Shown: piece after piece, positions 41,621 through 51,600 of the stretch | Layout: every line of letters starts with the position of its first letter | Numbering within the stretch: the stretch's first letter is position 1 | NCBI GenBank assembly: GCA_963664225.1 | Contig: OY760937.1 | Location: forward strand, 3,328,001-3,392,000 | DNA from: Verrucomicrobiia bacterium | GTDB lineage: Bacteria > Verrucomicrobiota > Verrucomicrobiia > Limisphaerales > UBA1319 | Reading direction: 5' to 3' | Length of the DNA: 64,000 bases | Translations under genes and position numbers: made by a program | The notes under the pieces: model-generated | Told to the model about the DNA's origin: nothing | The model's database searches: none | What the model saw: only the letters and a program-made list of their open reading frames with translations

Positions 41621-41636
41621 AGCAATATCCATGCCG
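41621..41636 (-). promoter_or_regulatory. Possible sigma54 promoter
   Basis: CGGCATGGATATTGCT (GG-N10-GC). Confidence 0.45.
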
Positions 41637-41704
41637 CATCTTCCCTGATTCAACGTTTTCCATGGCAACCATTTGAGCTGCCCTGCTCTGCACCACCTGT
41701 CGGA

Positions 41705-42073
41705 TCAGGTCGTTGCCGCCGATTTCGCCGCCTCGATCAATTCCCAGAATTTCGGATTATCCTGCAACGCCGCGTCCTCGCCAATCGGCAGGCTCGACCG
41801 GAATAAAAAATCCTTCAGGGAGTTTTTGTTCAATATCCGGTGGACCACCAGCCCCAGATCGTGTCGCTCGAAATAAACCCGATACTCGCCCAACCTGAAG
41901 CGGTGTAATGTCTTGCCGCCTCGCTCCAATTGTCCAAAAGCGTCCATGCTTGACGCCATGATTTGCTGGGGCAAGCCCCGAAACTGCCCCATGATGTGAA
42001 GCTGCAATTCCTTGGGCATGCGTGATAATTCCGCGGCGCTCGTGGGATTAAAAATGATCTGAAAAGGTCGCAT
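41705..42073 (-). CDS. RelE/ParE-like fold protein without adjacent antitoxin
   Basis: FQIIF..AAEL, HRFRLGEYRVYF..LVVHRI pattern plus a C-terminal extension. Confidence 0.7.
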   Translation of the reverse strand: MRPFQIIFNPTSAAELSRMPKELQLHIMGQFRGLPQQIMASSMDAFGQLERGGKTLHRFRLGEYRVYFERHDLGLVVHRILNKNSLKDFLFRSSLPIGEDAALQDNPKFWELIEAAKSAATT

Positions 42074-42148
42074 GTCGTTTTATGGGACAAATATGCTCCA
42101 ACCCATGACCCGGGTCAAGACAGCCTAACCCACCTAACGAACCCTTAT

Positions 42149-42223
42149 TGGTAGCGCGTATGGGAATCGCACCCATCTTTCAGCCTTGAGAGGGCCGTGT
42201 CCTAACTGATAGACGAACGCGCC
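42149..42223 (-). tRNA. tRNA-Glu(CUC)
   Basis: Cloverleaf; anticodon loop ctCTCaa; encoded CCA; T-loop TGCGATT. Confidence 0.93.
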
Positions 42224-42367
42224 GCCCATTGGTCACTTGACACATGATCCTATCGGCACAAAAAAAACTGTCAATCCTGCCGGTAAATTATTTGAAAGTT
42301 CGGAGTTTTTCGCCCTCTGTGCGTCATTTTCGCAACGCATTGCGTTAATATGGCGCATTTTAGCCTG

Positions 42368-43486
42368 TTAACGCGCCGCCCGGCTCTCAATATTGAGAAT
42401 CCCCGCATCCCCACACTGCGCGCGTTGTCGCAGCGCATGGTCCACTAGCACAAGTGCCGTCATCGCCTCGACCATGGGCACCGCCCGGGGCAGCACACAG
42501 GGATCGTGACGTCCGCGTCCTTTAAGCGTCGTGTTCTTAAACCGGATATCCACAGTGTCCTGTTCCACCATGACAGTGGCCACCGGCTTAAACGCCGTGC
42601 GGAAATAGATGGTTGCACCGTTCGAAATCCCCCCCTGAATGCCGCCGGAACGGTTGGTGGGAGTGAAAACCTTGCCGGCTCGGGCGCGGAAAGCATCGTT
42701 ATGACTCGTGCCCGTCAGCCACACACTCTCAAATCCCAGCCCGATGTCGAATCCCCGCGCCGCTGGCAGGCTCATCATCGCCTTGGCCAGATCCGCCGTG
42801 AGCTTGTCGAACACCGGTTCGCCCCAGCCCGGCGGCACACCACGGGCCACGCCTTCCACCAATCCTCCCACGCTGTCCCCCTCCCGGCGCATTTTCTCGA
42901 TCAACCGGATCATTTTTGTCGCCGCAGCCTGGTCTGGACATCGGACGATGTTCGATTCGATGTCGGATTCCTGAACGGTCTCAGGATCCACCCTGGCCAG
43001 AATCTTTTGCACCTGGCTGACATACGCCAGCACTTGAACGCCAAATTGCTCGCGCAACAGTTTTTTCGCAATGGCTCCCGCCGCCACCCGTCCGCTCGTT
43101 TCACGGGCGCTGGCCCGTCCGCCGCCCTGCCAGTTGCGGATCCCGTATTTGGCAAAATAGGTGTAATCCGCATGCGAAGGCCGGAATTTCTCAGCCATCT
43201 CCGAATAGGCCTCGGGCCGGGCATCCTCGTTCTTCACCCACATGGAAATGGGCGTCCCCAGGGTCTTGCCTTCAAAAGTGCCGGATAGAATCTGAACCGT
43301 GTCGGATTCCTTGCGGGGCGTGACAATGCTCGATTGCCCCGGCCGACGCCGGTCCAGGTCGGGTTGAATATCCGCCTCGGTCAGTCCGAGACGCGGCGGA
43401 CAGCCATCGACAACCACGCCGACGCCCCCTCCATGTGATTCGCCCCACGTCGTGACGCGAAAGAGATGACCAAAGGTGTTTCCCAT
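42368..43486 (-). CDS. aroC: Chorismate synthase
   Basis: [32 protein letters not shown]. Confidence 0.97.
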   Translation of the reverse strand: MGNTFGHLFRVTTWGESHGGGVGVVVDGCPPRLGLTEADIQPDLDRRRPGQSSIVTPRKESDTVQILSGTFEGKTLGTPISMWVKNEDARPEAYSEMAEKFRPSHADYTYFAKYGIRNWQGGGRASARETSGRVAAGAIAKKLLREQFGVQVLAYVSQVQKILARVDPETVQESDIESNIVRCPDQAAATKMIRLIEKMRREGDSVGGLVEGVARGVPPGWGEPVFDKLTADLAKAMMSLPAARGFDIGLGFESVWLTGTSHNDAFRARAGKVFTPTNRSGGIQGGISNGATIYFRTAFKPVATVMVEQDTVDIRFKNTTLKGRGRHDPCVLPRAVPMVEAMTALVLVDHALRQRAQCGDAGILNIESRAAR

Positions 43487-43712
43487 ATTAACGATGCGAA
43501 CGCAAACATACCCGGCCCCGCCTGAAACGTAAAACGCAAAACGTCATGCGCCTCCTCAATTCCGCTGAACACCATCCTCTTAGTAATAGCCAATCAGTGT
43601 TTAAAACCGATCGCTCCCCGCCAAGCGCCCTGGAATTGGCATTGCGGTCCCGGCTCGTTCGGGGATAATGCAGGCAACCGAACGCGCCTGGGGCGCGCGC
43701 GGTTTTCGTCAC

Positions 43713-44417
43713 ATGATCGACTGGAAAATTCAATCCAGGGCGCGGGCCTGTCAGGCGTGCGCCCGTCCGTTTGTCGAGAAGCAGCTTTACTACACGCTGC
43801 TGCTGGACAAACGCAACATACTGGAACGCTCGGATGTCTGTGCCGCCTGCTGGGAGGCCCAATACGCCGAGGGCGCGCATGACCGCAAGGGCTTTCTGTC
43901 CTTCTGGCATGGCGTTTACAATGCCCCGACACCGCCGCCCGCCGAGGCCATACGCAAGGAATCCGCCGAGACGCTCCTGCGCAAGCTGGTTCAGAGTGCT
44001 GATCCAGCCCATGGTCCCGCCTGTTTCATCCTGGCGGTCATGCTCGAACGCAAGCGCATTTTACGCGTCAAGGCCCAGACAACGCTGGATGGCCGTCGTC
44101 AAATTGTTTACGAGCACCCCAGGGAAGGCGACCTGTTTCAAATCACCGATCCCAATCTCCAGCTTCAACAGTTGGAAGCCGTGCAACGCCAGGTGGCCGA
44201 TCTCCTCGAACACGGCCTGCCGGATTCCGGTGAGAACCCTCCACAATCCGCTCCCGTTCTGGCTGCCACGGAAGCTGCGGAGGATCAAGAGTCAGAGACG
44301 GTGTCGGAATCCGCTCCAGAGCCCGCACCAGATCTGGCGTCCGTTAACCCGGTCGAGCCGGGGCCTGAAGCCACCCCTGGAGCCGTCGTTGACCAGACGC
44401 CACCCCCGCCCGCATAA
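43713..44417 (+). CDS. Hypothetical protein with N-terminal CxxC...CxxC and acidic Pro-rich tail
   Basis: CQAC/CAAC, FILAVMLERKRIL; TAATG overlap with rnc. Confidence 0.75.
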   Translation: MIDWKIQSRARACQACARPFVEKQLYYTLLLDKRNILERSDVCAACWEAQYAEGAHDRKGFLSFWHGVYNAPTPPPAEAIRKESAETLLRKLVQSADPAHGPACFILAVMLERKRILRVKAQTTLDGRRQIVYEHPREGDLFQITDPNLQLQQLEAVQRQVADLLEHGLPDSGENPPQSAPVLAATEAAEDQESETVSESAPEPAPDLASVNPVEPGPEATPGAVVDQTPPPPA

Positions 44418-45184
44418 TGACAGGAGAGCGCATGGAGGATTTGGATCACCTGATGGATTTGCTGGGATACACCTTTCGCGACAAGGATCTGCTGCGCCAG
44501 GCCCTCATCCACCCCTCGTTGCTGCGCGAGAATGAACCCATTCCCCGCAACAACCAGCGGCTGGAGTTCCTCGGTGACGCCGTTCTCCAACTCTCCCTGA
44601 CCAACGAGCTTTACGAGAAGCATCCGGACCTGGGCGAAGGTCCGCTCACCAAGGCCCGCGCCCAAATGGTCAACCGCCACTCCCTGGCCAGCCTGGGTCG
44701 CCGTCTAAACCTGGGCGACCACCTATACATGAGCCGGGGCGAGGCCGCCAACGGCGGACGCCAGCGAATTTCCTGCGTCGCGGATGCCTTTGAAGCCGTG
44801 CTTGGCGCGATTTTTCTGGATGCGGGCTACGATACCGCACGCCGGTTTGTCCTGGATCAATTCGCGGACGCCCTCAAGCAGGTCAACGCCCAGTCGGTCG
44901 ATGACAATCCCAAAGGCGAACTCCAGGAAATCCTCCAGGCCCAATCGCCCAAGGCGCCCACCTACGAAATGCTCTCCGCCAGCGGACCCGATCACGACCG
45001 CGTGTTCGAATGCCGTGTGCTCCATCTCGGTGTCGAATTGGGCCGGGGCACAGGAAAAAACAAAAAAGAAGCCGAATGCCAGGCCGCGCTTGCGGCCCTG
45101 AAAGCCCTGCGAGAATCAAGTTCGGTTGGGAACGTTCACAATGGCCCGCCAGCTTCCAGCCCCGACCGCATTTCCCATCAATAG
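44417..45184 (+). CDS. rnc: Ribonuclease III
   Basis: NQRLEFLGDAVL, DAFEAVLGAIFLD, dsRBD (NPKGELQE...KKEAE). Confidence 0.96.
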   Translation: MTGERMEDLDHLMDLLGYTFRDKDLLRQALIHPSLLRENEPIPRNNQRLEFLGDAVLQLSLTNELYEKHPDLGEGPLTKARAQMVNRHSLASLGRRLNLGDHLYMSRGEAANGGRQRISCVADAFEAVLGAIFLDAGYDTARRFVLDQFADALKQVNAQSVDDNPKGELQEILQAQSPKAPTYEMLSASGPDHDRVFECRVLHLGVELGRGTGKNKKEAECQAALAALKALRESSSVGNVHNGPPASSPDRISHQ

Positions 45185-45651
45185 TGGCGAAGGACGACCC
45201 TGTAGCAACCAATACAATTGCGCCGCGCCGCGCGTCAATCGTACGGGGAATCTTGCATTAATATTATGGGACTCGATGCAATACAACGGCGTCCTTGCAA
45301 ATCGTTTTGTTGTTCTCGCCGTGATGGTTCAATCAAGCGCTTTCCTGCCGACGAGTTCAAATATGCTCAAGGGCGACCCAGTTTTTTTGGCATATAGGAT
45401 TATTCCCTATAAGGGATTAGGTCTGCTCCCTATTGTCAGAAATGAGGGAAAATACTAATCTGTCAGTCCAATACCAATTGCAATTGGAAGAGATTCTGGT
45501 ATAATTTGTGTTGGGGAGAAACTTTGGCACAGTTTGCAATCGGGAGAAAATCTGGTACAATAGCGTGGTTTTAGGTTCGGCTGCAAAAATCGGAAACGGC
45601 ATTTGCAGTATTCGGTCGTCGTTTTGGAAATTTAAGGAAAAGTTAAGCATC

Positions 45652-48600
45652 ATGAAAAGCTGTAATTCGCCAACTAACCTCAGAAACTTCATTTCCCAAA
45701 GCGCCAAAACCAACTGGGCACAAGGCTGCCTGCGATTTGCGTTGGCCGCGTTCATGGTGGCAATGCTGGCTTTCACCGCCAGGGCCGACATCCTGGTGAT
45801 TCCCAACGTCGGACCTTTTGCGGGTGGCAACACCGTCACAATCACCAACACCACTGCCACCTTCGGTACGATCACAAACGTTCTTCTCGATGGCGTGCAG
45901 GCGACCATTGACGCGACCGATGCGACCTCTGTGACCTTCACCGCCCCGGCGGTCGGCTCGGCCGGGCTCAAGGACATCCTTATTCAGACCGCTGAAAATG
46001 TGGACACCACATTGACCGGCGCCTACACGGTGAATCCGGCGGGCCAGATCGGCGTCAGTGTTCCCGGTTCAGGTGGATGGACCAACCTGAGCACCGGCAC
46101 CGACAACAGCGTCTGGTCTCTGGCCTATGACGGCGCCAACGTATATGCGGGCGGCGATTTCCTGACCGCTGGTGGCGTTCCGGCCAATTACGTGGCCAAG
46201 TGGGACGGGACGACCTGGTCGAATCTTGGCAGCGGTATGAACGGCACGGTTTACGCTTTGGTGCGTGCCGGCGCCAACCTCTACGCGGGTGGCGCGTTTA
46301 CGACCGCCGACGGCGCGACGGTCAACTCTGTGGCCGTGTGGAACGGAGCAAGCTGGAGTCCTCTGGGCACTGGCATGGACGGCACGGTTAACTCCCTGGC
46401 CTTTGACGGCGTGAATCTCTATGCGGGCGGTTTCTTTACAACCGCTGGCGGTGTACCTGCCAGTAACATTGCCATGTGGAATGGGGCCAGTTGGTCCGCA
46501 GTCGGTACCGGCACGGACGGCGCGGTGCTTGCCTTGACCTACAATGGCACGATCCTTTACGCGGGCGGCGACTTCCTGAATGCCGGTGGCGTAACAGTCA
46601 ATTACGTTGCGATGTGGGACGGCACTACATGGGCCCCCCTTGGCTCCGGCATGGATTCCACGGTGCTTACCCTGACGCATGACAGTGCAAACCTTTACGC
46701 GGGCGGCGCGTTTACGTCGGCCAATGGTGCGTCGGCCGCTTATGTCGCCATGTGGAATGGCGCGAGTTGGAGCTCCTTGGGTACCGGCATGGACACCCCT
46801 GTTTATGCCCTGACTTCTGACGGAACAAACATTTATGCGGGCGGCACGTTTACAACTGCTGGCGGCGTGGCGGCCAGCTCCGTGGCCATGTGGGACGGGA
46901 CAAGCTGGACAAACATGGCCAGTGGCACGGACGGCTTCGTTTTTGCCCTGGCCCATGCCGGGGTTGATTTGGTTGCGGGTGGGCAGTTTGTCACCGCCGG
47001 TGGCGTCACCGCCATCAACATTGCGGAATGGAATGGCGCAGCCCCCGCGTCCTCAGGCGTGGAACCCAGTTCCGGCCCATATACTGGCGGCTTTACAGTC
47101 GTCATCTCCGGCTCGAACTTGGGCGACGGAGGCGATATTATCGATGTGACTCTGTGTGGCGTGAGCGTCGCCTCCATCACCAGCCAGTCCGCCTCGCAAG
47201 TCATTGTGGTGGCAGGGGTGGGCACTCCAGGCTTGGGCGATGTGCGGGTTTTCTCCAAATCCTTTGGAGAAACCGTCAAACTCAATGGCTTTACCTACAC
47301 CGGTCCGGGCATGCAAGTGCTGGGCGTGGACGGTTCAGTGATCGCCACGGACAGCGGCGCCTCTCTTGCAAACGGCACAGCCTTCGGGCATATCCTCGTC
47401 GGAACCTCCGTCATTCACACCTTCACCCTGACTAACAACGCTCCAACGGAAGCGGGTATTGCAGGTTACGCAACCAACGGGCCGGATGCGGCCTTCTTTG
47501 GAGTGACAGGAATTCCGGCAACCATTCCCGGTGCGGGCTCGGTCCCCATCACCGTAACCTACCACCCCCTGACCATCGGCAGCCACACGGCCTTTCTAAC
47601 GATCACAAACGATCCTGCCGCGGCTCCCTACACGGTGAACCTGTCCGGCTCGGCCTTCCAGATCTCCCCCGTCATCGGACCTTTTGCGGGCGGCAACACG
47701 GTCACAATCACCAACGGCGGCTTGGGCACGATCACCAACATCCTCGTGGGCGGTGTGCAGGCTGCAATTGTCAGTGCTCTTGCGGATTCAGTGACCTTCA
47801 CGATGCCAGCTTTTACCACGCCTGGGATCAAGGACATCGTCATTCAGACCTCAGACAGCGGGAGTTTCACCTTGGTCGGCGCCTACACAGTGAATCCGGC
47901 GGGCCAGATCGGCTCCAGCGTTGCCACTTCCGGCGCATGGACAAACCTGAGCACCGGCACCGACAACAGCGTCTGGGCTCTGGCCTATGATGGCGTGAAC
48001 GTGTATGCGGGCGGCGATTTCCTGACGGCCGGCGGCGTGCCAGCCAATTACGTGGCCACATGGGACGGGACCAACTGGTCCAACCTCGGCGGCGGGATGG
48101 ATGGCACGGTTTACGCCCTGGTGCGTGCGGGCGCCAATCTGTATGCGGGCGGCGCGTTTACGAACGCCGACGGCGCGACAGTCAATTCTGTGGCCGTGTG
48201 GAACGGCACAAGCTGGAGTCCTCTGGGCACCGGCATGGACGGCACTGTTAACGCCCTGGCCTTTGATGGCGTGAATCTCTATGCGGGTGGCTTTTTTACA
48301 ACCGCTGGCGGTGTGCCTGCCAATAACATTGCTATGTGGAATGGGACCAGTTGGTCCGCAGTCGGTACCGGCACGGATGGCGCGGTGCTCGCTTTGACCT
48401 ACGATGGCGTCAACCTGTACGCGGGTGGCGATTTCGAAGTTGCCGGTGGCGTAGCAGTCGATTTTGTTGCGCGATGGAACGGCACGACTTGGGCCTCTCT
48501 GGGTGCTGGCATGGATTCCACGGTGCTTTCCCTGACATACGACAGCGCGAACCTCTACGCGGGCGGCGCGTTTACGACCGCAGGCGGCGCATTGGCAAAC

Positions 48601-51600
48601 CATGTGGCCATGTGGAACGGGACAAGCTGGAGCCCTCTGGGCACCGGCATGGATACCAGCGTTTCCGCGCTGACTTCTGACGGAACAAATTTGTTTGCGG
48701 GCGGCACATTTACAACCGCTGGCGGAGTCCCGGCCAGCTCCGTGGCCATGTGGGACGGGACAAGCTGGACCAACATGGCCAGTGGCACGGACGGCTTCGT
48801 TTTTGCCCTGGCCCATGCCGGGCTTGACCTGGTTGCAGGCGGGCAGTTCGCCACCGCCGGTGGCGTCACCGCCATCAACATTGCGGAGTGGAATGGCACA
48901 GCCCCCGCATCCTCCGGTGTGGAACCCAATTCCGGCCCCTGGACCGGCGGTTTTACGGTCGTCATCTCCGGCTCGAACCTGGGTGACGGTGGCGATATTA
49001 TCGATGTGACTCTGTGCGGCGTGAGCGTCGCCTCCATCACCAGCCAGTCCGCCTCTCAAGTAATTGTCGTGGCTGGAGTGGGCACTCCCGGTTTGGGTGA
49101 TGTGCGCGTCTTCTCCAAATCGTTTGGCGAGACCGTCAAACTCAACGCCTTTACCTACACTGGTTCCAGTCTGGAAGTGCTGGGCGTGGACGGTTCCGTG
49201 ATCGCCAGCGACACGACTCCTTCTTTGGCAAACGGTTCCGCCTTCGGTCATGTCCCCGTGGGATCATCCATCCTTCACAACTTCACCCTGACCAACAGTG
49301 GCCCGGTGGATTTGAATATTTCTGGATTTGCGACCGATGGAACGGATGCGGCATATTTTGCCGTGGCGGGGATTCCGGCAATCGTCCCGGCTGGCGGCGC
49401 GGCCGCCTTTACGGTGACCTACAACCCTCTGGTCGTTGGTGATCACACAGCCTTGCTCACCATTACGAACGATTCCCCCACCAATCTCTATCTGGTGAAT
49501 CTTTCCGGATCGGCCTTCCAGGTCACCCCCGCCAGCGGCCCGTTTGCGGGTGGGAATACAGTCGTAATCAACAATGGCAATCTGGGCGCAATCACCAGTA
49601 TTTTGGTGGGCGGCGTGCCTGCGCTTTTTGATGAGTTCAGTGCAAACCAGGTAACAATCACCATTCCCGCAATTGGCTCTTCCGGGCTCGTGGACATCGT
49701 GATTCAGACTTCTGACATTGGCAATATCACGCTGGCCGGGGCCTACACGGTCAACCCGGCGGGACAGATCGGGGGCTTTGTAACCGGGCCAAATGCCTGG
49801 ACGAACCTCGACAGCGGACTTAACGAGCGAGTGTATTACGGTTTGGCCTATGACGGGACCAACCTGTTTGCGGGTGGACTCTTTACCACGGCCGGCGGAC
49901 AGCCAGCCAATTACGTGGCCCGGTGGGACGGCACAAACTGGTTCAACCTCGGCATCGGCATGGACGAGAGGGTGCTTAGCTTGCTCCTGGTCGGCACCAA
50001 CCTCTATGCGGCTGGAGATTTCACGCACGCAGGTGGAGTGTCGGCAAATCATGTCGCCAGGTGGGACGGAACGAGTTGGTCCGCAGTTGGCAGCGGCATG
50101 AATAATTCGGTTAACACCCTCGCGTATGACGGAACCTACCTCTATGCGGGCGGTGATTTCACGCTCGCAGACGGCTTGCCTGCCAACAATATGGCCAGGT
50201 GGGATGGCACAAGCTGGTCGAGTGTCGGCGGCGGAATGAGCGGTTCAAGCGATTCTGTTCGCGCTCTGGTGGTTGACGGCCCGAATCTATATGTGGGTGG
50301 CAGCTTTGCGACTGCCGGGGGCGTGCCTGTCAGCAATATGGCCAGGTGGGATGGCACGACATGGTCAAGCTTGGGCACCGGCATGAACGGCGGTGTTTAT
50401 CGCTTGGAGCTTGTCGGGACGAGTCTGTATGCGGGAGGGTCATTCACAACCGCTGGCGGCGTGCCCGCCGACGATGTGGCGATGTGGGACGGCACGAGCT
50501 GGAGCGCTCTTGGCCTCGGCATGGACAGCACCATATTCGCTATGGCGCATGATGGGACAAACCTGTACGCGGGTGGCGCATTTACAACAGCAGACAATCA
50601 GCCTGCGAATTATGTCGCGATGTGGAATGGCACCACTTGGACGAACCTCGGCACCGGCATGGACGGGCGCGTTTTATCTTTGCTGCATGACGGGAAGTCA
50701 TTGTATGCGGGCGGCTGGTTCACGAACGCCGGCGGGGTGCTCGTCAACCACATCGCCAAATGGACCGCTCCGGTTACTCCGTTTACAGGAGTGGAACCCA
50801 GTTCCGGTCCCTGGACCGGTGGCTTTACGGTGGTCATCTCCGGCTCGAACCTGGGCAATGGATCGGATATCACCAACGTGACGTTGAATGGTGCCAGTGT
50901 CGCCTCCATCACCAGCCAGACCTCGTCCGAGGTTGTGGTGGTGGCTGCGGCAGGCGCCCCGGGATTGGGCGACGTGCGGGTCTTTTCCACGAGTTTTGGT
51001 GAAACCGTGAAACCCAACGCCTTTACCTATACCGCCCCGGGCCTGCAGGTTCTGGACTCCAACGGCCTCTTGGTTGCCAATGACAGTCCCGCCTCCCTGG
51101 TGAGCGGCACGGACTTCGGAAGTGTCAACTTGGGTTCTTCCGTCGTTCATACCTTCAGCCTGACCAATGACGGAACGACAGATCTGACCATTACAGGTTA
51201 TTCGACGAATGGACCTGACGCGGCGAATTTTGCGGTGGATGGTATTCCGACAACCATCCCGGTCGGCGGTCAGACCAGTTTCACGATTACCTACAGCCCC
51301 TTGTCCGCGGGGGGTCACACGGCCTATCTTACGATTACCAACGATTCGCCTGCGAATCCCTACATCGTGAACCTTGCCGGTTCGGCCTTCTCAGTGATCC
51401 CCAACGTCGGGCCTTTTGGGGGCGGCAACACGGTCACACTTAACAACGGCCTTTTCGGCACGATCACCAACGTGTTGGTGGGAGGCGTGCAGGCCACAAT
51501 CCTGAGTTCTGCCGCGAATTCCGTGACCTTCATAATGCCGGCCTTCGCTTCGGCCGGGGTCAAGGACATTGTCCTCCAGACCTCCGATAATGGGGAAATC

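Noticed and set aside
45523..45538. sigma54-like TGGCACAGTTTGCA upstream of the giant protein
   Set aside because: GG-GC spacing is 8 nt, not the required 10.
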